64,000 nucleotides of DNA from positions 948-64,947 of the forward strand of contig JAFCDN010000004.1 in NCBI GenBank assembly GCA_017609625.1. Direction: 5' to 3'. A model generated the notes under the pieces. That model ran no database searches, was not told the DNA's origin, and saw only the letters and a list, made by a program, of their open reading frames with translations. The DNA is from Candidatus Iainarchaeum sp. Its GTDB lineage: Archaea > Iainarchaeota > Iainarchaeia > Iainarchaeales > 1-14-0-10-31-34. Below, piece by piece: positions 9,408 to 18,985 of this stretch (positions are counted from its first letter, which is position 1; each line of letters begins with the position of its first letter). Position numbers and translations under genes: made by a program.

Positions 9408-10097
9408 TTATAGAATTTTTGATTCAATATTTCCTTTGGTTAAATGCGAAAGTTCATTCAATAAATCTTCTTTTGCTCCTGAAGGCAGTTCTAACACAGC
9501 CACTAAAGAACCGTCTGACTGCCATTCTTCATTTTGTATTTCATATTTATGCAAAACATTGCTTGCTTTTGCTGCATGTTCTGCCGGAATTTTGAATGCT
9601 ATCTTTATTTTTTCCAAAGAAATTGGAATCAAAGTTTTAATCTTATTCATTATTTCCGGCAGTTGTTCTTGAACTGTTTTTCCTGCATCCAAATGAACTT
9701 TTGCTTCTTCTAAAACATTTTCAATTCTCTGTGGAGGGTGGGGCGTTTTAGTCTGAGGGTTGATTGCGTTTCTTGAAATAAAATCTATTAATTCTTTTTT
9801 TCTCTGCTCTAAAATCTTTTTCCTCTGCTCTGTTGTTAACTGCACTCTTCCTTCTTTTATTATTTTTTCAGCAACTTTTTCTATTTCTGTTGTTCCAAAA
9901 GCTTTTTTTATTGCTTCAGGCGAAGCTTCAGTTCCTTTATTTGAATCCTTAAATATTGTGTCAATTGCCAAGAGTTCATTAAAGTTTACTGTTTTCCCTT
10001 TTTTTAATTCCATTGAAAGGTCTGGGTCAACCAAAACCTCAAACTTGTCCCCTTCTTTTTCATATCTTGCTATTATTGCTTCACTGACTTTTACCAT
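9408..10097 (-). CDS. sdo1: Ribosome maturation factor SBDS/Sdo1
   Basis: FEVLVDP, VQLTTEQR, INPQTKTPHPPQRIE. Confidence 0.95.
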   Translation of the reverse strand: MVKVSEAIIARYEKEGDKFEVLVDPDLSMELKKGKTVNFNELLAIDTIFKDSNKGTEASPEAIKKAFGTTEIEKVAEKIIKEGRVQLTTEQRKKILEQRKKELIDFISRNAINPQTKTPHPPQRIENVLEEAKVHLDAGKTVQEQLPEIMNKIKTLIPISLEKIKIAFKIPAEHAAKASNVLHKYEIQNEEWQSDGSLVAVLELPSGAKEDLLNELSHLTKGNIESKIL

Positions 10098-10151
10098 AAA
10101 AAAAACCTTTGTTTTTTCAGAAATTCAGCTGAAAAGATAAATCAAAAAACA

Positions 10152-10883
10152 TTATTTTTTTGCTGTAAATTTTAAGAGTTCTTCTTTTGAAAGCCTTTTT
10201 AATGCAGTTCCCTGCTCTACAAAAGCAAAATCAACCCTGTTTAAGTCAAATTTCTCGTTTTCCGGCACTCCGGCTTTCAAAGCTTTAATCATTAAATTAA
10301 CTGAATCTGCCTTCAGCATATTATCCTTAAAACCTGCTTCTAATACTTTCATTGCCTCTTTCTTGTTTCTTCCTATTGCTACAGCTTTGTATTCAGCTAA
10401 AGCTCCTGAAGGCTCTGTTTCATACAATTTTTTTTCTCCTGTTGGATCTATTCCTCCAAAAATAAAACTCACTCCAAAAGGACGCATTCCACCGTATTGA
10501 GTGAAAATCTGCATTATTGCTGCAATCCTTTTCGCTAAAGTTTCAACATGAATGTCTTCACCATAATAAGCCTGGTTTTCCTGGCTTTCTTGTCTTGCAA
10601 TCTGCACTAATCTTCTTGCATCTCCAACCAAACCAGAAGAGATTGCAGAAATATGTGAGTCAATTAAAAACAATTTTTCAATTGATTCAGGCAAAATCAA
10701 AGAGCTTGAAGCTTTCTTGTCTACTCCAAATAAAACTCCTTTATCATAAATAAATCCTATTCCTAAAGTTCCCTGCTCTACAATCTTTGAAGCATATTCT
10801 ACCTGATACAGTCTCCCGTCAGGCGAAAACATTGTTGCAGCTCTGTCGTATGCCGCAGTTGAAGCTTTAGAACCAGGATACAA
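10152..10883 (-). CDS. psmA: Proteasome subunit alpha
   Basis: YDRAATMFSPDGRLYQVEYA, TQYGGMRPFGVS. Confidence 0.97.
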   Translation of the reverse strand: MYPGSKASTAAYDRAATMFSPDGRLYQVEYASKIVEQGTLGIGFIYDKGVLFGVDKKASSSLILPESIEKLFLIDSHISAISSGLVGDARRLVQIARQESQENQAYYGEDIHVETLAKRIAAIMQIFTQYGGMRPFGVSFIFGGIDPTGEKKLYETEPSGALAEYKAVAIGRNKKEAMKVLEAGFKDNMLKADSVNLMIKALKAGVPENEKFDLNRVDFAFVEQGTALKRLSKEELLKFTAKK

Positions 10884-11014
10884 AAAAAATCACCTAAAAA
10901 AACTTTTGAAAAAAGTTTTATCAAAAAAATACTCCTTTTTTCTTCTTCTTATTTATTTAAAAACGGATAATTATATAAAAGGAACTTTAACAGGAAAAAA
11001 ACCGTTTAAATCGC

Positions 11015-11362
11015 TTAAACAAAGCTTTTTGCTTTTTTCACTGTCCCAGAGGTTTTCAGGGTTTTTGGCACTACACTTGCTGCATTAACTTCCTTCAATA
11101 AAAGAATCCCTGCTTTTAAGTCTTCTACTGCAGTGTGCCTGCATTTTAAAATCCCCCTGGAGCTTTTTGAATTAAACAAAATAAACTGGTAATTCATTTT
11201 TGAAACTCCAAGCTCTCCAAACAGTTTCAAAAACAGTTTTTTCACTGCAAAAGAAACATCTTTTTCTCCTAAAGATTTTTCTGAATCTAACTGAAAAACA
11301 AGATATCTTTTCTTGTCCCTCAAAGAAAGCGGGATTGGATTTAATGATTTCTTTTGTTTCAT
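11015..11362 (-). CDS. pop5: RNase P protein Pop5/Rpp14
   Basis: SLRDKKRYLVF, LFGELG, TSGTVKK. Confidence 0.9.
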   Translation of the reverse strand: MKQKKSLNPIPLSLRDKKRYLVFQLDSEKSLGEKDVSFAVKKLFLKLFGELGVSKMNYQFILFNSKSSRGILKCRHTAVEDLKAGILLLKEVNAASVVPKTLKTSGTVKKAKSFV

Positions 11363-11949
11363 TCAACTACCTTTTCATATTTTTTCTCTAAAAACCCTTT
11401 AAAAGATTCCAGGTCTTTAAGTGAACGCAGTTCACTAATATTTGATGCAAAAGAGATTACTCTTGCATTTAATTTAAACTTTTTCATTAACTTTAAGGAA
11501 AAAGAGTAATTTCTAAGCAAAGAAATATTCAGATAATCTTTTTTCAAAAACTGAGAAAAAGGAATCAATATTTGAGTTTTATTTTCTTTTGCTATCCTTG
11601 CTGTTGCAGTATCAAAAGAAAGCCTTCCTTCAACACAAGGCTTAAACAGAAAATCTATTTTTTTGTTTGAAACAGCAAAATTGTTCAGAAAAACATTTCC
11701 GCCTAAAACTCCAACAAAATCTGTTCTGTTTTTAAATACATTTAGTTCCTTTGAGTTTGCTTTAAGCAATAAGTGACAGGTGAAGAATTTTACTGAGAAT
11801 TTTTTTTCTTCTAGTTCTTTTTTTAATTCATTTAATTCTTTTTCTGAAAAGTTTCTGCACAAAACAACTTCGGCATTCCCTAACTGTTTTTCTTTTTCTG
11901 CCAGCTGTTTTAAATCAAATTTTTCTGAGTAGAAAATAAAGTCTTGCAT
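11359..11949 (-). CDS. rpp30: RNase P protein Rpp30 (divergent)
   Basis: Synteny between rpl15e and pop5; VISFASNISELRSLKDL C-terminal motif. Confidence 0.75.
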   Translation of the reverse strand: MQDFIFYSEKFDLKQLAEKEKQLGNAEVVLCRNFSEKELNELKKELEEKKFSVKFFTCHLLLKANSKELNVFKNRTDFVGVLGGNVFLNNFAVSNKKIDFLFKPCVEGRLSFDTATARIAKENKTQILIPFSQFLKKDYLNISLLRNYSFSLKLMKKFKLNARVISFASNISELRSLKDLESFKGFLEKKYEKVVE

Positions 11950-11979
11950 AATAAAAAATAGAATGAAAAAAGTTAATAA

Positions 11980-12579
11980 TTAAGCTTTTCTTTCATTGGC
12001 TCTTCTGCTTGGCCTGTTTTTATGGGTTGTTTTTCTTTTAGATTTTAATCCTCTGGATTTTTTTCCTGCAGAAGTCAAGCCTCTTTCGCTTCTTCCTTTA
12101 TGCTGTTTTTCTGTCATCCACTTTAAGTCTTTGTCTGACTTGATTTCTGGAGCACTGACATCCACTAAAATTACTTCAAAATATTTGTGTTTGCCGTCTT
12201 CTCCAATCCAATAAGAATTCAATACTTCACAGTTAGGGTATTTTTTTGAAGCTCTTGCTTCAGCCATTACCTGAATGCTTTTTCTTCTGGTTAATTTAGT
12301 AAAACCCATTCTTTTTGGCCTTCTTCCTCTTGAAGGCCTTGTTTTTGTTCCAGAGCCTTTTCTTACTCTGACTCTTACAGCAAAAATTCCTTTTTTTGCT
12401 TTATACCCTAAAGTTCTTGCTCTAGGAAGATTAGTTGGTTTTTCCAGACGTACAACAGAATCTTTTTCTTTTCTAAACCCTATTAATCTTTCCTTATTCA
12501 GCCTGTTGTAGTCATATTCTCCTTTTTCTCCAGAGAATTCTTTCTGGAAAGTTTCTTTTACGAACTTACTGTAAGACAT
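11980..12579 (-). CDS. rpl15e: 50S ribosomal protein L15e
   Basis: ARTLGYKAKKG, EVLNSYWIGEDGKHKYFEVILVD, RGLTSAG. Confidence 0.97.
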   Translation of the reverse strand: MSYSKFVKETFQKEFSGEKGEYDYNRLNKERLIGFRKEKDSVVRLEKPTNLPRARTLGYKAKKGIFAVRVRVRKGSGTKTRPSRGRRPKRMGFTKLTRRKSIQVMAEARASKKYPNCEVLNSYWIGEDGKHKYFEVILVDVSAPEIKSDKDLKWMTEKQHKGRSERGLTSAGKKSRGLKSKRKTTHKNRPSRRANERKA

Positions 12580-12706
12580 TAAAATCACAAATGAAAAAAT
12601 GGAATAAAATCAGTTTTAATTCCTTAAATAAACCTTAAAGCAAGAGATTTTAAAGCTTACCTTTAATCCTACAATACATAAAAAAACAACCTTTCAGGAA
12701 TTGATA

Positions 12707-13621
12707 ATGGCTAAATGCGACAAGTGCAGCAAAAAAGCAAAACTGTTTTTAGCGTATGGCCCGCACAATTTTTGTTCAGAACATTTTAATTCTTTTTTTG
12801 AGCAGAGATTCAGGAAAACAATCAGAAGATATAAAATGCTCAAAAAGAATGATACAGTTGTAATAGGAGTTTCAGGAGGAAAAGATTCAGCCGTAACACT
12901 GCATTTGTTGAACAAATTTTATTCAAGGCCTCAGACAATCAAAGCATTAATTATTGACGAAGGTATTCCAAACTACAGGGATAAAGCAATAAAAATTGCA
13001 GTAAAAGAAGTAAAAGAAAAAGGAATTGAATTCAAGATAATGTCATACAAAGAAGAATTAGGAATGCAGATGACTGATGTAATGAAAAAAACAGGAAGAA
13101 AAAAAGTTTTAGGTTCAACCTGTGCTTTTTGCGGGCCTTTCAGGAGAAAATTATTAAATGACGGAGCAATTGAAATGCAGGCAACAAAACTTGCCACAGG
13201 ACATAATTTAGATGATGAAATCCAAAGCATTGCAATGAATTTTTTTGACAATGACTTAAAAAGAATGTCAAGGCTGGGGGCAGTAACAAAAGGAGGAAAA
13301 AAGCTTGTTCCAAGAATAAAGCCATTATGCCTTGCACCAGAAAGAGAAATTATTGCATATACTGAGTTAAATGAAATAAAATACTTTAAAGAGCATTGCT
13401 GTCCTTTTTCCTGGCAGGCAAAAAGAAACGAATTCAGGTCAATGTTAAACAAAATGGAAACAAAATTTCCCGGAACACATTATTCAATCCTTTCAACTTT
13501 TGAAAATCTTAAACCACTAATTAAAAACAGATTTAAAGAAGAAAAATTCTGCAAACAATGCGGTTCTCCTAGCTCAAAAGAATTGTGTTCTGTTTGTGAG
13601 AAACTATTAAAGCTTGCGTAA
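12707..13621 (+). CDS. ncsA: tRNA 2-thiolation protein, Ncs6/TtuA/TtcA family
   Basis: SGGKDS PP-loop, CAFC, ATGHNLDD, terminal CxxC zinc fingers. Confidence 0.88.
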   Translation: MAKCDKCSKKAKLFLAYGPHNFCSEHFNSFFEQRFRKTIRRYKMLKKNDTVVIGVSGGKDSAVTLHLLNKFYSRPQTIKALIIDEGIPNYRDKAIKIAVKEVKEKGIEFKIMSYKEELGMQMTDVMKKTGRKKVLGSTCAFCGPFRRKLLNDGAIEMQATKLATGHNLDDEIQSIAMNFFDNDLKRMSRLGAVTKGGKKLVPRIKPLCLAPEREIIAYTELNEIKYFKEHCCPFSWQAKRNEFRSMLNKMETKFPGTHYSILSTFENLKPLIKNRFKEEKFCKQCGSPSSKELCSVCEKLLKLA

Positions 13622-13861
13622 TTTTTTTATTGAATCTGTGCGTTCATGAAGAAAATTTAAAAGATTTACTTTAAGTTTTTCTACAAGATAAGTATTTCCT
13701 GCTTTCAAAGCCGTATTAATATCTGAATTTAATTTTGCAATCCTTTTATTAAGTCTTGAAATCTTGTTTTGAACTCCGATAACAGCAGGTTTTTTTGGGT
13801 TTTTTCTTCTTTTGGCCCAATTTTTTGATTTTCTGGAAGCTCCTTTCTTTAGGCGAGACAT
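13607..13861 (-). CDS. Hypothetical basic protein
   Basis: 84 aa from MSRLKKG, Lys/Arg rich with coiled coil. Confidence 0.45.
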   Translation of the reverse strand: MSRLKKGASRKSKNWAKRRKNPKKPAVIGVQNKISRLNKRIAKLNSDINTALKAGNTYLVEKLKVNLLNFLHERTDSIKKLRKL

Positions 13862-13965
13862 AATAAAATAAAGCCAAAACAACTATTTATGCCTTTTGCA
13901 CTACACAAATAAAAAATTAACTAAATAGAAATGTTAATGCCAAACTAATAATTAACAATTTACGG

Positions 13966-14018
13966 AGTGTCAGTCCGACTTTATGTCGGACATCGTGCTC
14001 AAACGGCGAAACGTTTGA
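13966..14018. repeat. REP-like hairpins upstream of tRNA-Val
   Basis: GTCCGAC-TTTAT-GTCGGAC and CTCAAACG-GCGAAA-CGTTTGAG. Confidence 0.7.
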
Positions 14019-14090
14019 GGACCTGTGGTCTAGTGGTATGACGTCTGCTTGACGTGCAGAAGACTGGCGGTTCGATTCCGCCCAGGTCCA
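14019..14090 (+). tRNA. tRNA-Val(GAC), intronless, no encoded CCA
   Basis: GGACCTG/CAGGTCC acceptor stem, TCTGC-TTGACGT-GCAGA anticodon arm, GGTTCGATTCC T-loop. Confidence 0.95.
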
Positions 14091-14091
14091 T

Positions 14092-14204
14092 TCGCGGTTC
14101 CGTCCGCGAGCAACGGGGCACGACTTTCAGTCCTGCTTGTTTTCGCAAAGCGAAAACGTTTCTTTTGGGCAACTTGCACTTTTCTTTGTGAAAGAAAAGG
14201 GCAG
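14092..14204. repeat. GC-rich hairpin array and palindromic element downstream of tRNA-Val
   Basis: TCGCGG...CCGCGA, CACGACTTTCAGTCCTG, GTTTTCGC-AAA-GCGAAAAC, TTTTGGGCAACTTGCACTTTT...AAAAGGGCAG. Confidence 0.65.
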
Positions 14205-16043
14205 TTAGCGTATTCCGGAGACTCCAGAAACAGCTTTCTTTTTTCCTTTTTTGAATAAAACTTTTTTTGCTTTAATTTTTTTTGTTTTTTTAAATACAGT
14301 TTTTAATGATTTTTTTGCTACTGCAACTTCTTTTTCTCTTAAGTGTTTTTGCTCGTCTAATTCTCTTACTTTTTGCTTTAAAGATTTTGCTTTGTTTAAT
14401 TCCTCTATCTTTAAGCCCATTTCTTTTGCAAAAGCTTTTTCAAATGAATCTAACTCTCTTATTTTTGTATCAATTTCATTTATTCTTTTGTCTATTTCTT
14501 TTTCTTTTGTTTCAGTCATTAATTCCAGTTCTTCTTTTTCTGCTTTCATTGCATCCAGACTGCTTCTTATTGTCTTAACAAACTGTTCTTTGAATTCATC
14601 TAATTCTTTTACTGTCTGGTTTATTTCCTGAAGATTAGTGTTTTTTATTACTTTTTTTTCAAAGCTTTCCAGTTCTTTTTTCCTTTGTTTGAATAATTCT
14701 TCCAGTTGCTGTTCAGATCCTGTTTCTGATTCAGCCAACTGGGCTGCAATAAATCTTTTTAATTCCGATTTAGTGTTTTCCAGCTCTTGTATTGCAAGAT
14801 CCTGTTCTTTCTGCAGACTTAATTTAAATGCACTTACCTGTGCATTAAGTTTTTCTTCCAGTTTTTTTGCACTGGAATCTTCTTCTGCTTTTCTTTTTAT
14901 TTCTTCTATTTCCTGAACTTTTGATTCAAGTAATTCATCTATTTCTTCTTCTTTTTTTCTTATTATTCCGGTTATTTTCAACTCAAACTCTACTGAAAGT
15001 TTTTTTATGTTTTCTTCTGTTCTTTTTGGGTCAAGTTTTCTTGCCAGTTCTCCAAATAATGCGAGTTTTTTTGCAAGCTTGTCTGAAACTTCCTGTGTTT
15101 TTTCCAAGGCAATCTCTTCAACTTTTTTTTCTGTATTGGCTACTAATCCTTCAGTTATTTTTGATTCCAGCTCCAAAGCCTTGTTTACCCTGTCATCTAA
15201 CTCTTCTAATTGTTTTGTTGAATCAGCCATAAAATCTTTTGATTCATTCTTTGTTTCTTCTAATTCGTTTTTCAAAGCTTTAACCAAATCTGCTTTTGAT
15301 TTGTCCATTTCTCCCATTTTTATTTGAACTTCTTCTAACAGCTCTCTGTTTTGTTTTTCTTTTGCTTCTGCTTTCTTGCTTGTTTCAGAAACAGCAATTT
15401 TTATTTCTTTTAATGCTGCAAGCTTTAAGTCTATCTCTGAAGTCATTTCTTTTACTTTTGCATCAAGCGAGGAATTGATTTCTTCAATTAGTTTTTCTCT
15501 TTCGGCTTCAAGCTCTAATTTCATTTCTTCTGATTCTTTTTTTAATTGTTCTTCAACTTTTGAATCAATTATTTGATTAATATTATCTCTTATATCTTCA
15601 ATTTCATCCAGCCTTTCATTTATTACTGTAAGAATTCCTTTTTCCCATACCTCGTTTTTTTCTGCGTGAAGCTTTGTTTTGGATTTAACCAAAGGCTTTT
15701 GCTGTTCGTTTAATTTAAGTTTTTTGGTTTTAATTTTCGGCTTTTTTATGGAAGGCGTTGGGATGGGTTTTTCTTTTGTTTTTAGAACAGACAATTTTGG
15801 AGCAGACTGTTCTGCTAATGCTTTCTGAATTTTTTCTTTTACCAAAGATTTTTCTGCTTCTGTTTCTTTTGGCTTTTGCGACACAGGTTTGGTTGCTGTC
15901 TCGCCTTTAGCTTCTATTAAAAGCATCTTTGCTTCTTGTTTGTCTATTCCTACTTCTGACAAATTACTAATTATTTCGTCTTCTGAAACTCCTAAAGACA
16001 TTAATTTCTTTATGCTTGAAATTACAGTTTCCCTATCAACCAT
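14205..16043 (-). CDS. Long coiled-coil hypothetical protein (612 aa)
   Basis: Small N-terminal helical domain, Pro/Lys linker, ~430 aa Glu/Lys heptad region, basic tail. Confidence 0.8.
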   Translation of the reverse strand: MVDRETVISSIKKLMSLGVSEDEIISNLSEVGIDKQEAKMLLIEAKGETATKPVSQKPKETEAEKSLVKEKIQKALAEQSAPKLSVLKTKEKPIPTPSIKKPKIKTKKLKLNEQQKPLVKSKTKLHAEKNEVWEKGILTVINERLDEIEDIRDNINQIIDSKVEEQLKKESEEMKLELEAEREKLIEEINSSLDAKVKEMTSEIDLKLAALKEIKIAVSETSKKAEAKEKQNRELLEEVQIKMGEMDKSKADLVKALKNELEETKNESKDFMADSTKQLEELDDRVNKALELESKITEGLVANTEKKVEEIALEKTQEVSDKLAKKLALFGELARKLDPKRTEENIKKLSVEFELKITGIIRKKEEEIDELLESKVQEIEEIKRKAEEDSSAKKLEEKLNAQVSAFKLSLQKEQDLAIQELENTKSELKRFIAAQLAESETGSEQQLEELFKQRKKELESFEKKVIKNTNLQEINQTVKELDEFKEQFVKTIRSSLDAMKAEKEELELMTETKEKEIDKRINEIDTKIRELDSFEKAFAKEMGLKIEELNKAKSLKQKVRELDEQKHLREKEVAVAKKSLKTVFKKTKKIKAKKVLFKKGKKKAVSGVSGIR

Positions 16044-16097
16044 ATTCTCACTTTTTGTTCATAAGAATTAGAATACTAGAGAATAAAAAGATTTCTG

Positions 16098-16210
16098 CAA
16101 ACTGTTTCGGCAGTTTAGTACGAGGCACTATCTTCGCTTTGCTCGATAGAGCTGTCAAGCGAAGCCAGTACAACCTTGTGTTGTACGCTCTACTCCCGCG
16201 AGCAGGCGGG
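16098..16210. repeat. GC-rich hairpin array downstream of tRNA-Ala
   Basis: AAACTG-TTTCGG-CAGTTT, CTATC...GATAG, GTACAAC-CTTGT-GTTGTAC, CCCGC-GAGCAG-GCGGG. Confidence 0.65.
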
Positions 16211-16213
16211 AAA

Positions 16214-16357
16214 TGGACCCTGCGGGACTCGAACCCGCGGCCTCCACAAATTAAGCTCTGCCAAAATATCAACTTTTAGAAAAGTTGCCAATGTGGCGCT
16301 TTCTGGGTTGCAAAACAAAAATTGTTTCCCAACTCTACCAGGCTGAGCTAAGGGCCC
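16214..16357 (-). tRNA. tRNA-Ala(GGC) with two introns (D-arm ~22/23 at 16301-16334; canonical 37/38 at 16250-16285)
   Basis: GGGCCCU/AGGGUCC acceptor with G3:U70; CCACA-UUGGCA..U-UGUGG anticodon arm; GGGUUCGAGUCCC T-arm; both inserts fold into relaxed bulge-helix-bulge/loop structures. Confidence 0.88.
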
Positions 16358-17745
16358 ATAAAGTTACTTTCAAAATCTTCTAATGAAGTATAGAAATCAT
16401 CAACATAAGCTTTTAATAAAATATTCTGAAGTTTAGTTGCGAGTGTTTTCTTTGTTTTCTTTGATATCACTGCAACTGTTCTTATATCTAGAGAAACAAA
16501 TTCTTTCACAAGTGCTGCAGAACCTATAAGACTATTTATATCTCCTTTACTAACAAAAAAAACTATTCGTTTTCCGTTTATTCTGCAATAATTATCAGGA
16601 ACAACAAAAGTTTTGTATTCTGTTTCTAGTAACTTTTTTCCTTCAGGGCTTAGACCTAAATCCACAAGTATTTTGTTTAATTTTTGCTCTAATTCGTCAA
16701 AATATTGCTTTGACTGAATAGCTGCTCCTTTTTCCAGTAAATTTTTTCTCTCATTTAGTTTCATTTTTAAATACTTGTCTAAATTTGAGGAGTTAAAACT
16801 TCGGTTATTCAAACATGCTGTCCTAACATCATTGAAAACATCTGAATCCATTAAAACAGGAATCATTCCTTTTTCCAAAGACCAAATAAGTAATTCTAAC
16901 GGAAATCTTTCAATTTTATAGTTCAAATCAACTTCATACCATGTTGAAACAAAGAATGGCACTTTATGATGCTGTTTTAAAACTTTATATTTTTCATACA
17001 AAGATAAAACCTCAAAAAATATTGAAGATTTTTTCTTTTTGAATCCAAGAACTTCTTCAATTGCCTTTATCTTGCCATTTTCTCTATAAACAAAATCAAA
17101 ATTAAATTCAAAAAGTGTTTTGTGACAAGCTATATTTAAGCCTAACTTGCGTGTTGTTTCTAAAACTAATTCTTCTCTTTTAGTCATCGACTTATTGGAA
17201 GCACCATTTAATCCAAGTAAAGAGAAATAGTTTTGTCCATATTTTTCTTTTAAGGATTTAACCGCTTTTTTTCTTTTTTCCTTGCTTCCCCAAATTTTTA
17301 ACAGATTAAGCCACCTCTTTCTTTGGATTTTAGAATAAAGTTCTGGATTTTCAGTTTTCATTTTATTGTGCCATCCCGAAAGACCTGAATTTCCCCTGAT
17401 TTTTTTCATTAGCTTGAAAAATCCCTCTTCTCCTAACTTGTTTCTTCTGTTTTCAACAGATTGTTTTCCTCCCAACTTTGTTCCTCAATTCTCTTCTAAA
17501 AGAACAGCTTTTTGTAAAAAATTTTTTCTGCTAGCTTTGTCTAAGTACTTAAGCAATTTTTCAAAGACTTCTCCTTTAAAAGCTCTTTTTCCAGCTCTGT
17601 ATGATTTTAAAGTGGTGTTGCCACAGCCAATTGATTCAACCAAATTTTTCCAAGAAAAATATTCAGAAGATTTTTTGACTGCATAAAAAAGTTCTTGAGG
17701 ATTCTCTAACTTAACTCTCTTTCCAAAAACATCATTCTCTCGCAT
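16348..17745 (-). pseudogene. Putative free-standing endonuclease-like gene (HTH + two PD-(D/E)xK-like domains) interrupted by in-frame TGA at 17485-17487
   Basis: ORFs 17485-17745 and 16348-17475 are in the same frame (LLEEN*GTKLGGK); FNFDFVY...AIEE and VVPDNYC nuclease-like motifs; 3' end overlaps tRNA-Ala. Confidence 0.55.
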
Positions 17746-17818
17746 AAAACAAATTAGATTTTCAGATTTTTAATTAATATGGAAGTAAGTTGCCGGTGAT
17801 ACTAAAACAAAAAAAGGT

Positions 17819-18037
17819 TCAGGGACTAATCAGAATTACGGTATCGCCGCGTAAAATCAGTTTGCCGTATTTTTTCTTTGTTTCCCCGTTTTCGAGTTCT
17901 TCTGCATTTTCTAATACAATGTTCATGTGAACATCAAAAGCTTTTAGTGTTCCGCGGAAATTAATGTTTCCTTTTATTACTACTAAAACTTCTTTTCCTA
18001 CTGATTCGTTTAATAAATCAAATGGTCTGCTTGTCAT
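17819..18037 (-). CDS. Sm-like archaeal protein (SmAP/LSm)
   Basis: RPFDLL...GTLKAFDVHMNIVLENAEE...LILRGDTVILISP. Confidence 0.95.
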   Translation of the reverse strand: MTSRPFDLLNESVGKEVLVVIKGNINFRGTLKAFDVHMNIVLENAEELENGETKKKYGKLILRGDTVILISP

Positions 18038-18042
18038 AAAAA

Positions 18043-18942
18043 TCACTCTTCTACTTCAATGCTGTCCTCACTTATTTCTGGTAAATCCTCATCTATTTCT
18101 GGAACTGATTTTGTTTTTTCTTTTACCTCTTCTCTTAATGTTTTTTCTTTTGGTTTCCTTTTAAAGATAGAAGACAACTTATTTAAAAATCTTGTTATAA
18201 TTCCTTGTTTTTTGATTCTGATTGTTGAACTTACTCCGGTTAGTTTTTCTGCTATCTGGTTGATTGCTTCAACTCCCTTAGAGTTTGGTTTGAATAAAAT
18301 TGTGGGCATTATTTTTTCTCTCATAAAAGATTTTCTTATGTCCTGATCATAAGGTATTAAACCATAAATTGGCAGTTCAAGCATTTTCATTATGTCATCT
18401 GGCATTATTTCTCCTTTTTCGTTTCTTACAAAGTTTACTATTACTCCAATTGGTTTTGCGTTTAATCTTTCTGCAACGATTTTTGTTTTCAGTACATCTG
18501 CAATTGAAGGAGAAATAGGCATTGTTACAAGCAAGACATTGTCTGCTGCGCTTAAAGCAGACATTACATTTGTTTCAATTCCTGCCGGCGCATCAAGAAG
18601 AATGTAATCAAAGTCTTCTTTTACCGAAGCAATTACTCCTGCTAATCTTGCAGAATCAACTCTTCTATAGCTTTCAAAACTTAACCCTGAAGGAACAAAA
18701 GAAACTCCCCCTGGGCCGTCGTAAATTGCATCCTGCAAAGAACTTTCTCCCAACAAAACATCATGCAATGTGATTGGAGAAGAATGCATTCCTAATAATA
18801 AGCTTAAATTGGCCATTGCAATATCTGAATCAACCAATAAAACTTTTTTTCCTTTTTGGGATAATGCAATACCCAAATTTGCGGTTATAGTTGTTTTTCC
18901 GACTCCGCCTTTTCCTGAAACCAAAGCATAAACTGTTCCCAT
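18043..18942 (-). CDS. minD: Archaeal MinD-family ATPase
   Basis: SGKGGVGKTT deviant Walker A, DSDIAMANL, TLHDVL, LLDAPAG. Confidence 0.92.
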   Translation of the reverse strand: MGTVYALVSGKGGVGKTTITANLGIALSQKGKKVLLVDSDIAMANLSLLLGMHSSPITLHDVLLGESSLQDAIYDGPGGVSFVPSGLSFESYRRVDSARLAGVIASVKEDFDYILLDAPAGIETNVMSALSAADNVLLVTMPISPSIADVLKTKIVAERLNAKPIGVIVNFVRNEKGEIMPDDIMKMLELPIYGLIPYDQDIRKSFMREKIMPTILFKPNSKGVEAINQIAEKLTGVSSTIRIKKQGIITRFLNKLSSIFKRKPKEKTLREEVKEKTKSVPEIDEDLPEISEDSIEVEE

Positions 18943-18985
18943 ACTTAATCAATCAATCCAATATAATTAAAGAAATTGTTTGTTA

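Noticed and set aside
14049-16279. Short ORFs 14049-14258, 16016-16279 and 16048-16272
   Set aside because: They overlap tRNA genes and hairpin arrays.
774-17487. TGA recoding (Trp/Gly/Sec) suggested by two in-frame TGAs
   Set aside because: TGA terminates conserved genes at their normal ends (rpoP, aIF-1A, Sm, acdA) and Trp is encoded by TGG in the conserved genes inspected.
14019-17800. Integrated element at the tRNA genes
   Set aside because: No integrase and no duplicated tRNA 3' end (att site) seen.
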